A DNA stretch of 64,000 nt from Sedimentisphaerales bacterium (lineage in GTDB: Bacteria; Planctomycetota; Phycisphaerae; Sedimentisphaerales; SM23-30): the NCBI GenBank assembly GCA_963666285.1, contig OY762711.1, one strand, 5' to 3'. The notes under the pieces are model-generated. The model saw only the letters and a list, made by a program, of their open reading frames with translations. It did not search any database and was not told the origin of the DNA. How positions within the stretch are numbered: the first letter of the stretch is position 1; every line of letters begins with the position of its first letter. This document shows positions 49,420 to 59,685 of the stretch, in pieces. The translations under genes and the position numbers were made by a program.

Positions 49420-51897
49420 ATGGCAAAAGCAGCTACAGGAAAAAAACTGGTGATTGTGGAATCACCTGCTAAAGCTAAAACTATTAATAAGTATCTGGGT
49501 AGTGATTTTAAAGTTATCGCCAGTATGGGACATGTCAGGGATTTGCCCGGTAAAGATATGGCTGTTGATCTGGAAAATAACTTCGAACCAACCTATGAAA
49601 TTATACCAGGCAGAAAAAAAGTCCTTTCGGATCTTAAAAAATACGCAAAAGATGCCCCAATGATCTATCTCGCGAGCGATTTGGACCGCGAAGGAGAGGC
49701 TATTGCCTGGCATTTGACTGAAGCTCTGAAAATCAAACCTGAAAAATATTGCAGGGTGGTCTTCAACGCTATTACTAAAACTGCAATTCAGCAGGCATTT
49801 GCAAATCCGCATAAACTCGATCTTGATAAAGTTAATGCTCAACAGGCCAGACGAATACTGGACCGCATTGTAGGTTATCTGATTAGCCCGCTTTTGTGGA
49901 AAAAAGTTGCCCGCGGTTTGTCTGCCGGTCGTGTACAGTCTGTTGCTGTCAAGCTTATCGTACAGCGTGAAAAGGAAATTCAGGCTTTCATTCCGGAAGA
50001 ATACTGGAAAATTGGCGGTATTTTCTGTAACCAGGAGACTTCAGGGCTTGCCGAAAAATATCAGCAGTTTCTCAATAGCTTCGCCGACAGCGATAAGGGA
50101 CCGACCATAAAACAAAAGGGTGAATGGTTTTACGAACACAATTGCCTGGAAACTCATCTTATTAGCGTTGGCGGCAAAAACTTTAAACCTCATAACCAGC
50201 AGGATACCGACAAGGTATACAATGCTATCAAGGATGCCGGCTTTAAGGTTGGTTCTATTGAAACCAAGCATTCTACTTCAAAACCGCCTGCTCCGTTTAT
50301 TACCTCAACCCTGCAGCAGCAGGCAGCCAATAAACTTGGCTATGCTGCCAGAACGACTATGAGACTTGCTCAGGATCTTTACGAAGGTATCGATGTTTCA
50401 GGGCAGGGTTCTGTTGGTCTTATTACTTACATGCGTACCGATAGTACCAATCTCTCCAATGAAGCTATTTCTATGGTTAGAGATTATGTCGAAAGTAATT
50501 TTGGCGATGGGTATTTGCCTGAAAAACCAAACAAATATGGTTCTTCCAATAAATCGGCCCAGGAAGCACACGAAGCTATCCGGCCTACTGATGTTTCGAT
50601 TACTCCTGACAGTATCAAAGGTGATCTGAACCCTCAGCAGTTTAAATTGTACGAACTGATTTGGAAGCGGTTTGTTGCTTGTCAGATGACACCGGCTAAA
50701 TGGGATGTTACTTCTGTTAATATCGAAACCGGTGCTACTATTGACGGCGAAAATCAAACTGTTGTTTTCCGTGCTAATGGCCGCAAGCTTGTCTTTGACG
50801 GCTTCATGAAAGTTGCCGGGATTACTGTTAGCGGCAGCGATCAGATTCTGCCTCACCTGGAAATTGGTGCTGATGTCTGGCCGATTCAGATTCAGCCTAC
50901 TCAGCATTTCACCAGCCCGCCGGCAAGGTATACCGAGGCTTCATTAGTCAAAATGCTTGAAGCTGAAGGCATTGGCAGACCTAGTACTTATGCATCGATT
51001 ATCTCTACTATCCAGGATCGCGGATATGTCGAGCAGCTTGAGAAAAAATTCCACGCGACCGATCTTGGGATCGTTGTTACGGAAAAGCTGGATGAGCATT
51101 TTACCAATATTATGGATGTCGCTTTTACCAGATTTATGGAAAGCGAACTGGATAAAATCGAAGAGCAGCATTTGGATTGGGTGCATGTTCTTACTGAATT
51201 TTACGGACCTTTCAAAGACACTCTCGAACGTGCTCATGAAGAGATGGTCCATGCCAAGGCTGAAACTCAGCCTTCTGATTATACCTGCCCGGAATGTTCC
51301 AAGCCGATGGTGTATCGCTTTGGCAAAAATGGACGGTTCCTATCCTGCAGTGATTACCCGACTTGTAAATTTGCTTCGCCGTGCGATCGTGACGGCAAAA
51401 TGACCCAGCCGGAAGAAACTGAGCATAAATGTCCAAATTGTGGTAAGCCAATGATTCTTCGTAAGGCTCGGTTTGGCACGTTCCTCGGTTGCAGCGGATA
51501 TCCAGACTGCAAAACCACCCAGAAAGTTGACAAGGAAGGCAATGTCCTCCCGCCAAAAGAGCCTCCTAGGCCTACCGGTATTAAATGTCACAAATGCAAG
51601 GAAGGTGAACTTGTTATCCGTGACAGCAAACGCGGTGAGTTTATGGGATGCGGCAGATTCCCTAAATGCCGTTCTATCATCAGTATAAAACAGCTGGAGA
51701 ATCTTAAGCAGCTTCAGGCCGAAGGTAAATGGCCGCCTGAAACTATCGAGGAAGCTGATATTATCTTGGGCAGAAAAAAAGCTAAAGACGATAAAGACAG
51801 CGACGAAAAAAAGACTAAAAAGAAAACCGCTAAAAAAACCGCTAAAAAAGTTACTCGCAAGAAAGTAGAAGATGTTGAGGCGGAAGTAGAGGCTTAA
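49420..51897 (+). CDS. topA: DNA topoisomerase I with C-terminal zinc ribbons and Lys-rich tail
   Basis: LVIVESPAKAKTI, SDLDREGEAI, SAGRVQS, ITYMRTDS, AHEAIRPT, GIGRPSTY, three C4 ribbons. Confidence 0.97.
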   Translation: MAKAATGKKLVIVESPAKAKTINKYLGSDFKVIASMGHVRDLPGKDMAVDLENNFEPTYEIIPGRKKVLSDLKKYAKDAPMIYLASDLDREGEAIAWHLTEALKIKPEKYCRVVFNAITKTAIQQAFANPHKLDLDKVNAQQARRILDRIVGYLISPLLWKKVARGLSAGRVQSVAVKLIVQREKEIQAFIPEEYWKIGGIFCNQETSGLAEKYQQFLNSFADSDKGPTIKQKGEWFYEHNCLETHLISVGGKNFKPHNQQDTDKVYNAIKDAGFKVGSIETKHSTSKPPAPFITSTLQQQAANKLGYAARTTMRLAQDLYEGIDVSGQGSVGLITYMRTDSTNLSNEAISMVRDYVESNFGDGYLPEKPNKYGSSNKSAQEAHEAIRPTDVSITPDSIKGDLNPQQFKLYELIWKRFVACQMTPAKWDVTSVNIETGATIDGENQTVVFRANGRKLVFDGFMKVAGITVSGSDQILPHLEIGADVWPIQIQPTQHFTSPPARYTEASLVKMLEAEGIGRPSTYASIISTIQDRGYVEQLEKKFHATDLGIVVTEKLDEHFTNIMDVAFTRFMESELDKIEEQHLDWVHVLTEFYGPFKDTLERAHEEMVHAKAETQPSDYTCPECSKPMVYRFGKNGRFLSCSDYPTCKFASPCDRDGKMTQPEETEHKCPNCGKPMILRKARFGTFLGCSGYPDCKTTQKVDKEGNVLPPKEPPRPTGIKCHKCKEGELVIRDSKRGEFMGCGRFPKCRSIISIKQLENLKQLQAEGKWPPETIEEADIILGRKKAKDDKDSDEKKTKKKTAKKTAKKVTRKKVEDVEAEVEA

Positions 51898-51902
51898 GTC
51901 TG

Positions 51903-52751
51903 GTGTTTGATAAAGCAGTTATGTTTGAGAAAGTTTTAGTTACAGGTGCCAGCGGTTTTATCGGTGGCGAGATTTGTAAGCAGCTGGTAAATGATATCCC
52001 GAATCTTTTCGCCGGCTGTTTCAGCAATACTCCTGATGCTGGTATTGCTCTAAAATTTGATATTCGTAATCTTGATTCCATTATGGATGCTTTATCAGCC
52101 GCTCAACCGGAGTTGGTAATCCATTGTGCCTACGATAAAAACCCAGAGTTTAGAGATCAGGTAATTATCAGCGGCACAAAAAATCTTGTCGAGGCCTGTA
52201 AGGCGTTTAACCCTGCGATTCGTTTTATTTTTATCAGCTCGGAATGGGTTTTTGATGGCGACGCAGGACCGTATTCTGAAACTGATACGCCTAATCCTAA
52301 AACTGGCTATGGCAAAGCCAAGCTGGCTGCTGAAAAGATCGTTTCTGAGACTCTTGCAAATTCTGCGATTCTGAGAACTGGTCTGGTTGGCTGTGAACTG
52401 CCGCCTGCCCCAAGGTGGATAGTAGAAGAAGAAAAATGGCAGGCCGGCCAGAGAGTGGTTTTTTACGATAATGAAATTCGTAATCCAATTCATGTCGCTG
52501 ATCTTGCCCGGGGCATAATAATGCTGAGCCTCTCTGATGAAAACGGTATCTGGCATCTCGCTGGCCCGGAATATATGTCCAGATACGATGAGCTGCTTTT
52601 ATATGCGAAATACAAGGGGATTCCTGAAGAACTGGTGGGTTCGTCAAAATCTGATGGCATAAATAGACCGCTCGATTGCTCGATTAAAAACGATAAATTC
52701 TTGAAAAGATTCGACTTAGATCTAAAAGCACCTAAAGACTACTACCTGTAG
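51903..52751 (+). CDS. Extended SDR, dTDP-4-dehydrorhamnose reductase (RmlD)-like
   Basis: VTGASGFIG, ISSEWVFDG..GPYSE.D.PNP..YGKAK; start may be ATG 51921. Confidence 0.85.
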   Translation: MFDKAVMFEKVLVTGASGFIGGEICKQLVNDIPNLFAGCFSNTPDAGIALKFDIRNLDSIMDALSAAQPELVIHCAYDKNPEFRDQVIISGTKNLVEACKAFNPAIRFIFISSEWVFDGDAGPYSETDTPNPKTGYGKAKLAAEKIVSETLANSAILRTGLVGCELPPAPRWIVEEEKWQAGQRVVFYDNEIRNPIHVADLARGIIMLSLSDENGIWHLAGPEYMSRYDELLLYAKYKGIPEELVGSSKSDGINRPLDCSIKNDKFLKRFDLDLKAPKDYYL

Positions 52752-52865
52752 TACCTTGTAGCCCTGTTTTTCCGGGAGTCATTAATAGGTAAATGTCCCA
52801 TTTGGATATTGCCGGATTTGCGAGAGGGGAGTGATGGTCGACTAATCAAATATTCAGCCTTTGGA

Positions 52866-53351
52866 TTATCCTTCCAGACAGATATGCGAACCGAGTTCGC
52901 CGCATAATATTTCTTCTGCTGTTGGAATATGGTCGGAATCTAACATATTTTCCGGGGCATCATCATATCCGTCTTTAGAGATTTTTTCCAGCAGTAGCGA
53001 CCAGGTTTCTCGCATATAACTCAATATCTTAATCGCTTCATCCAGGCTTTTTAAATCTCTCTTAAGATTTGCCATCATCAGTCTTTCATAACAGAACAAA
53101 TATAGTGCACGCATCTTTCCGCATAACTCAGGTGCAGCATCGTCGTTCAAAGTAGTCATAAACTCTGATACGATATTCTGAGCTTTGGTTATCAGCTTGA
53201 AACTATTCTCAAATTCTTTATTAACAATAGCTTCTCTGCCTTGTTCGGCAAATTTGACCACTCCGTCATACAGCATCATTGTCAGCTGCTCCGGTGCTGC
53301 GGTCATCACTTTTGTCTTCATATATTCGTTTGTTGTGACTGGATTACTCAT
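52866..53351 (-). CDS. fliS: Flagellar export chaperone FliS
   Basis: Y..TKVMTAAPEQLTMMLYDG, KAQNIV.E...L, LY.FC..RL..AN, RETW. Confidence 0.92.
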   Translation of the reverse strand: MSNPVTTNEYMKTKVMTAAPEQLTMMLYDGVVKFAEQGREAIVNKEFENSFKLITKAQNIVSEFMTTLNDDAAPELCGKMRALYLFCYERLMMANLKRDLKSLDEAIKILSYMRETWSLLLEKISKDGYDDAPENMLDSDHIPTAEEILCGELGSHICLEG

Positions 53352-53362
53352 TACAAAAATAG

Positions 53363-53370
53363 TTATCGGC
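53363..53370 (-). promoter_or_regulatory. Sigma-28 -10 element upstream of fliS
   Basis: GCCGATAA, 11 nt before the ATG; -35 poorly matched. Confidence 0.5.
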
Positions 53371-53643
53371 TGTATTAAGCGCTGTCATAAATATTTTTTT
53401 TAATTTATGATAGATTTTAGAGTCAATAATTATGGGCCGCCCAGTATGCGATTGATAAACATTCTGCCGATCCTGCTCAAATTTAACCGCATCTGGTACT
53501 ACCATATTCGTTTTTTACCCCGCTTTTTAGCAGTGTTAATAGGGGATGTAGATAAAATAGGAAGTTTTAATCTAATAAATGGGTTAGACATCTAATAATC
53601 TGGCAAAAAAAAGTCTGGAAATGCCCTTATCAGTCTAAAAAAA

Positions 53644-53672
53644 TTGACTTTATGTATATTATTTCGTATTAT
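53644..53672 (+). promoter_or_regulatory. Sigma70-type promoter
   Basis: TTGACT-N17-TATTAT upstream of the 1894-aa gene. Confidence 0.65.
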
Positions 53673-53780
53673 GAATATTCAAGCCGGGTGGGCGAGGAGA
53701 GAGTTTGACATGCCCAATTTATAACCAGCCTGTTTTTAGTTGTCACGCCGACAAAAAAGAAACCATTAAGAGGTGAGATT

Positions 53781-56700
53781 ATGCTGCATTTGGAAGCACT
53801 CGAAAGCCGTTGTCTATTATCTAATAATAGCGGATTGTTTGTTCTCGCGGAATTGGTGGGAGCCGAAGCCGCTGCTCCGCTTACGAATCATTTATCTATC
53901 ACTGATTCTCTTGACGTTGAAGATGATTCGTCTATGGATTTTGGCACACATTCTGTCGGCTATGCTACAGGATATGAATCGATTAGTTTTGAAAACATTA
54001 CTAATGATAATCTGGTAGTGACTGTTCTCTTCAAAGATATGGAGAACTTCAATTTTGCTGCTGATAATATCTTTATTACCGGCAACACTGATTCTGATAT
54101 TATAGATTTGAATAAATTCACAGCCTCAGATCTGGAAGATGGTGAGGTTGATATCCATTTGGAACCTGGTGCGACCGGTATTATCGACCTGTCATTTAAC
54201 CCGGTATCCGGTCCTTCTGATATACATGAAGTTATTAAATTCAAGGCCGGTGTCGATTCGGATGCTAACCAGGTGATCGATGAAACTGAAAAAGCTAACA
54301 ATGTCATTCAAACTGTTGACTTGTATGGTACCAGCACTCTTCTCTCCGGTCAGCAGCTTCATCTTAATACCGCTGAAATTTCAAATACAATTATTGTCAA
54401 CGGCAGCGATAACCAGTTTGTCTATGGCAATGACCCGGTAGAAATTAACCTTTCTCTGGTTAATACCTCTGGCAATGTCGTCGAGGATGCTCTTCTGGAT
54501 TTGAGTTTCTATCTTAGCTCTGACTCAGAGTTAAATTATAGCCAGGATACTTTGCTCTCTACCCAGTATATTGATCTGGTTTCTCAAGGAACATCAACGG
54601 CTACATATTCTGTAAATCTGCCGGCATCGACTCAGGGCGCATACACTATTTTCGCTGTGCTTGATCTGGATCATGACGTGATCAGTGAAGCCAACTTTAA
54701 TGCGAGACAGATTTGGAGCTCAGGTGAATTCTATGCCGTAACTGAATCTGTCTTTGTTAATGATACTGAAGGTAGTGTGGACGATCAGGATATCAATTAC
54801 GGTGAAGTTCCTGTTGGAAGCAATTCTACCATTCATTACGTAAATATTGTCAACACTTCCAGTACAGATGTTTCTGTTGATACTAATCTGGTTGTTAATG
54901 GTGCTGGTTTCTATATTGGCTACGATCGACCTGAAGCTATTCCGGCCGGTTATTCTTCTGTCAGCAGCAAAGAAGTCAGACCTTTTGACAATCTATATGC
55001 AGTTGATGGTGAATATTATAATTGGCTGACTTTTGATACTCTTGAAATGAAAACCGTTACATTTGGTGTTGACAGCTATGTTACCGGTGCCAATGTTTAT
55101 AATTCCTATGGTGATCTGATTGCTCAGGCGAGTGTCTCAGAACTTTACGATGCATACGATATTGGATATTATGGTGATTATTCCCAGGATGAGATTGATG
55201 AACTGCAGATGGAGCCGTTTACCTTTGAGGCTTTAGGCGCCGGTACATATTACATCGAATTGCTCGGTGCTGAAGGTAGCTTCGAGGTATATATCGATTC
55301 AGTTGATGTGTATGTCCCTGATGCTGATGTTATAACTTCAGATTCCGTTAGTACATTTAACCATACCGAAGAAACAAATATTTATTCGGTTGTTATTGAT
55401 CAGCCTACTGAGCTTAAAGGCGTAATCGATCTCTCTATTAGTAGTGACTATTACTATCCCGGCATAGAAACATATATTGCTCTTTACAATGACCCAAACC
55501 AGGATTCGCGATATTTACCTGATTCTGTAAATACAACTCTTGAAGTTTATAGTGAAGACGGGCTGCTGATCTATTCTTATGAATATGATTTCGAACAGAT
55601 GTATGAAGACTTTATCTCATACTATTCCTATGAGCTGGCTAACGACCTTAATATCAGTGACGATCCTTTTGCCAGTGACTTCTTCAAACAGGAGATAGAT
55701 ATCGATCTGCTGGTTGCAGGTACTTATACTTTTGTCTATACCCAGTCGACAGTGGATACCTTCCCTGGTAATGGCAATGGTAACGGCAATAACAATGACG
55801 ATACAAGTGTTACAGAAGTTCTTTTCAGTTACACCTCTTCTGATTCTGTATTCGATCTTTCCAAGGGTGATTCTCTTACTATCCCGGTAATGTTCAGCCC
55901 GGATGCTTCCGGTGAATTTAACGGCTCGCTGGAATTTAACCTGGTAGATAGTACTGATACTGTTTCTGTTGCTCTTCATGGTAACGGTGGCGCCGGCGAC
56001 CTTGAAATAACCGAAAATGCGATTGAGGCTACTTATCCGGAAAATATTCAGTCCGATGCGATTGTTACTATAGCTTCTACTATATATAATGATGGGCCTG
56101 GCCTTACTGTTGGCAACTCTGTACTGAAATTCTATCTCAGTAATGACGATATACTTGGAAATGATGATGATATCGCTCTCCAGCTGCAAGATGGTTCTTA
56201 CGAAATGGCACTGGATGATTTTGTTGTATATGAAGAGATCGAGTTCTTGTCTCATGTGTACATCCCGTCTGTCGATGCCGGTGATTATTATCTGTTTACC
56301 GAGCTGCAGCAGACAGATATCGCATCTGACCCGGATACTGATGTCACATCAACAATGGTATGGATTGATCCTTATGATACTGTTGTTGAATTATCAGAAA
56401 TAAATATTGATTTAAACACATCTCTAGTTAAAAGTGTTGAATATTCTACAGATACTGATGGTATCGGAAATATTTTGGAATTTGGATATAGTGGTATTGA
56501 CAGCATTATCCCTGAATATTTGAACTTCTTTAACAGAAGCGGTGAAGATGTTACTATTACTAATGTTGAACTGGCTTCAGGTCTGCACTACTATACCAGT
56601 CTTTCTGCTAATGGTGGCGCTGCAATTCCTGACGAAGGAGTTATTATTACACCTGGTCAGTATCAGAGAATTTATGTCTACTTCGACCCGCAGTTCTTTG

Positions 56701-59465
56701 ACACAGAGAATGTTATCCTGAATGATGTTATTACCGTAACCACCACCGAAACTCAATATAAAGTTGCATTGAATGGCGAAGTGCTGGGTGCTGATCTGGT
56801 TGTCTTGGAAAATACCGGTGCTGAGGCCAATGACGATATAATTGTTATGCCTGCCACCAGACCTGGCAAAACCAGTGAGATGGTAAGTATCACCCTGGCT
56901 AATATGGGTAACGAAGCCCTGACTGTTAATGAGTTCGATTTCCTTAACCCTCAGACTCCGTTCAGTGTTGTTGATCCAATAGACGGTACTGTTATCTCGG
57001 CAGGTATCACTATTCAGCCGGGCGAATCTGCTGTTGTCGGTCTGCTGTTCGAACCTACTACGGTTGGTACTTCAAGTGGGGTATTGACTATTCGCAGTAC
57101 AGACCCTGCTAATGATTTTGAATATAATATTGATATTTCCGGTGAAGGTGTTAACCCTGTTGTTCGTGTCTATGAAGACAGTGCTACTCCAAACGACAAC
57201 TCAATTGCTTATGGTTCCTACGGCACTGTTAAGTCATCTGACCCTGTTGAGCAGATAATTCTGCATAATATCGGTTCTGATACCTTGTATATTTCTGATA
57301 TCTCGTTTGCCAATGACAATCCGAACGATTTTGCTATTCTGGAAGACCTGTTTGGTGAAAACAGTGTTATAGAAGTAGCTCCTGGCGAGCAGTTGGTATT
57401 CAATGTTGAATTTATTGCTGATATTGAAGGCAGCTATTCTGACACCTTGAATATCACATCTCTCGATGATGTCGAAGTTATCCATTTTGGCGGATCAATT
57501 GAAGAAACCGAAGTTTATGTTTCTAAGCAGGGTTCTACCGATCCTGTTGACGAAGTTGATCTTGGCAGTATAGCTGTTAACTCACTGGTTACCGAGTCTG
57601 AAGTTGAGAAAATACAAATTTTCAATTTCAATGTAAGCGGCCATTCTTCTGTATTTGTCTCAACTATTGAGATAACAAATTCTGGATTTTCGCTGCTTGA
57701 TAGTGAAGGAAATTCTACTCATTCTATCAGTGTTAACAGGGAATTGGACCCAGGCGAAAAGATTTCACTTTATGTGCAGTTTGATGCTTACTATGATGGC
57801 GAATTCCTTGCCGATGGTGAACATACCGGTACTGTTACAATTAACGGTTCTGCTCAGACTCAATATGACGTTAGCTGTACAGTTGTTACACCGGAAATTG
57901 AACTTGATAGTTCCAGCTTAACCTTTGAAGAAACCTTGATCGGTCAGAAGTCTTCTCAGTTTATTACTGTTGCGAATACCGGTACTTCTGATCTGACTAT
58001 TACCGGTTATAATAGTACCGATGATCAGTTTACTATCTTTAATAGTAATGTTGTTATCCCTGCCGGAGAATCTGCTCAACTCGAATTTGTCTATGAGCCT
58101 GACAGTATTGATTCATCAAGTGCAGTAATTACTTTGCTGACCGGTGATATGGATGAAAGTGAAATTGATATCAATGTTGCCGGAGTAAGTGCCGGTAATA
58201 TTCTGGCTCCTTCAAAGGTCTCCGGCGATAATTATACTTATGTTTTCAATAATGCCGATGATCAGCGAGTTAAACTGATTGTGAAATATGTCACAGAAGA
58301 TGCAAAAAGTGATGCCGTTCCTTATGTATACCTTGACTCTTCTGACGATAGTGGAAATATTTCCAAGATTGTTATGCCGGGTTCTGCTATTGGGTCTAGC
58401 ATTTCGATTTCAGGAGAAGTTGAAATTTATTCTATCGAGGCCGGTAGTCTTAAAGCTATAAAAGCATCGAATGCCGATCTTGATGGTGATATATATCTTA
58501 CCGGATCTATTGGTCAGATTCAGTTAGACCAGATTGCAGCTGATTCAAGTATTACTGTTTTAGATGATGAAAAAGATGTTTCTGTTAAAGCTGACACTGT
58601 CGCCGAAAATACAGTGTTCGATATACATGCTGATGTTAAGACCTTCCAAGCCAGTACCTTTGATAGTGGCAGCCTTATCGCAAATGACATTCAGTCAATC
58701 AATGTCAAAAATGATCTGGGTGCCGACCTTATCAGCTATAATGAAATCAAATCTGTTAATGTTAAAGGTGATATCGATGGTGATATCAGGGCTCTGAAAT
58801 CTATCGGGTCGGTTAAGGCCGGCGGTGATATCAGTGATAACTTCATAATTGCCGGTGATGATTCAATCGACGATCAGGCTCGTGCCTATTATAACGGTTC
58901 GATTAAGAGCGTTCAGGCCGGTGGCGATATTAGTGCAAACATTATGGCCGCTGATGATATCGATAAGATCATGGCAGCTAAAGGCAATATGTCAGGTTAT
59001 GTCAGGGCTGATAATATTAAATCTGTTAAAGTTGCTAATCTTGACAATGCCGTTATCAGTGCTGCTGATAGCCTCGGCTCTGTTAGTGTTAAAAGCGATA
59101 TCTCTGATTCATTCCTTATGGGTGGATATGATATCGGTGTTGCAACCAGCCTTAATGAACTTGCTTCCTTCCAGGATGACAGTTTCGGTGCCGGTTCAAT
59201 TGGAAAGGTTAGCTTCGGCGGACAGTTCAGTGACTCATATGTTACTGCCGGTGCCATGCCGTCGTTTGCTCTTGATTCTCTCTATGGTTTCAGCCTCAGC
59301 GGCGGAGAAAATCAGTCTGAAGGTTCTTCCAATATCGGTAGTATCAAAGGTAAATATGTTGATACTTCAAGTGATAGTGGAACTATATTCGGCTTCTATG
59401 CCTCTGGAGCTATCAATAGCAACCTGAGTGGTAACGATGATTTCCAGATCGTCGAATCCTTCTAA
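53781..59465 (+). CDS. Giant acidic surface protein/adhesin: planctomycete LExLExRxLL N-terminal motif, tandem Ig-like (choice-of-anchor D/ASH- and CARDB-like) domains, C-terminal beta-solenoid repeats
   Basis: MLHLEALESRCLLS; repeated D..I.FG...N.G...L.I...F.P modules; FYLS.D CARDB-like motifs; 'SIKSV.AGGDIS' repeats. Confidence 0.85.
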   Translation: MLHLEALESRCLLSNNSGLFVLAELVGAEAAAPLTNHLSITDSLDVEDDSSMDFGTHSVGYATGYESISFENITNDNLVVTVLFKDMENFNFAADNIFITGNTDSDIIDLNKFTASDLEDGEVDIHLEPGATGIIDLSFNPVSGPSDIHEVIKFKAGVDSDANQVIDETEKANNVIQTVDLYGTSTLLSGQQLHLNTAEISNTIIVNGSDNQFVYGNDPVEINLSLVNTSGNVVEDALLDLSFYLSSDSELNYSQDTLLSTQYIDLVSQGTSTATYSVNLPASTQGAYTIFAVLDLDHDVISEANFNARQIWSSGEFYAVTESVFVNDTEGSVDDQDINYGEVPVGSNSTIHYVNIVNTSSTDVSVDTNLVVNGAGFYIGYDRPEAIPAGYSSVSSKEVRPFDNLYAVDGEYYNWLTFDTLEMKTVTFGVDSYVTGANVYNSYGDLIAQASVSELYDAYDIGYYGDYSQDEIDELQMEPFTFEALGAGTYYIELLGAEGSFEVYIDSVDVYVPDADVITSDSVSTFNHTEETNIYSVVIDQPTELKGVIDLSISSDYYYPGIETYIALYNDPNQDSRYLPDSVNTTLEVYSEDGLLIYSYEYDFEQMYEDFISYYSYELANDLNISDDPFASDFFKQEIDIDLLVAGTYTFVYTQSTVDTFPGNGNGNGNNNDDTSVTEVLFSYTSSDSVFDLSKGDSLTIPVMFSPDASGEFNGSLEFNLVDSTDTVSVALHGNGGAGDLEITENAIEATYPENIQSDAIVTIASTIYNDGPGLTVGNSVLKFYLSNDDILGNDDDIALQLQDGSYEMALDDFVVYEEIEFLSHVYIPSVDAGDYYLFTELQQTDIASDPDTDVTSTMVWIDPYDTVVELSEINIDLNTSLVKSVEYSTDTDGIGNILEFGYSGIDSIIPEYLNFFNRSGEDVTITNVELASGLHYYTSLSANGGAAIPDEGVIITPGQYQRIYVYFDPQFFDTENVILNDVITVTTTETQYKVALNGEVLGADLVVLENTGAEANDDIIVMPATRPGKTSEMVSITLANMGNEALTVNEFDFLNPQTPFSVVDPIDGTVISAGITIQPGESAVVGLLFEPTTVGTSSGVLTIRSTDPANDFEYNIDISGEGVNPVVRVYEDSATPNDNSIAYGSYGTVKSSDPVEQIILHNIGSDTLYISDISFANDNPNDFAILEDLFGENSVIEVAPGEQLVFNVEFIADIEGSYSDTLNITSLDDVEVIHFGGSIEETEVYVSKQGSTDPVDEVDLGSIAVNSLVTESEVEKIQIFNFNVSGHSSVFVSTIEITNSGFSLLDSEGNSTHSISVNRELDPGEKISLYVQFDAYYDGEFLADGEHTGTVTINGSAQTQYDVSCTVVTPEIELDSSSLTFEETLIGQKSSQFITVANTGTSDLTITGYNSTDDQFTIFNSNVVIPAGESAQLEFVYEPDSIDSSSAVITLLTGDMDESEIDINVAGVSAGNILAPSKVSGDNYTYVFNNADDQRVKLIVKYVTEDAKSDAVPYVYLDSSDDSGNISKIVMPGSAIGSSISISGEVEIYSIEAGSLKAIKASNADLDGDIYLTGSIGQIQLDQIAADSSITVLDDEKDVSVKADTVAENTVFDIHADVKTFQASTFDSGSLIANDIQSINVKNDLGADLISYNEIKSVNVKGDIDGDIRALKSIGSVKAGGDISDNFIIAGDDSIDDQARAYYNGSIKSVQAGGDISANIMAADDIDKIMAAKGNMSGYVRADNIKSVKVANLDNAVISAADSLGSVSVKSDISDSFLMGGYDIGVATSLNELASFQDDSFGAGSIGKVSFGGQFSDSYVTAGAMPSFALDSLYGFSLSGGENQSEGSSNIGSIKGKYVDTSSDSGTIFGFYASGAINSNLSGNDDFQIVESF

Positions 59466-59510
59466 TATTAGTATGTAATATTACATGATCAATCATGACG
59501 TTTTCCCCAG

Positions 59511-59542
59511 GCCGCGGTAATTATTTTGCCGCGGCTTTTTTT
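59511..59542 (+). terminator. Intrinsic terminator
   Basis: GCCGCGGTAA-ttatt-TTGCCGCGGC + T7. Confidence 0.85.
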
Positions 59543-59685
59543 GTTTCCTTTTTCCTCTGTGAGTCCTAAAATATATATGCGCATTATTGCGCAGCGTAAG
59601 GCTTACTTGCCGATTATAATTATTATTGCATATTACGGGGCTTTGTTTCCCTCTTGCTCAGCTGCGGGAATGAAACTTCTCCGGT

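Noticed and set aside
53680..53780. Riboswitch in the leader of the giant surface protein (also considered for mgtE, rho and the lectin gene)
   Set aside because: Only weak hairpins; I could not match a c-di-GMP, c-di-AMP or M-box consensus by eye. An Rfam/Infernal scan would settle it.
55617..56255. 212-aa antisense ORF in the adhesin gene and similar shadow ORFs in recA, hisS, MCP and topA
   Set aside because: Fully overlapped by well-supported genes and lacking independent evidence.
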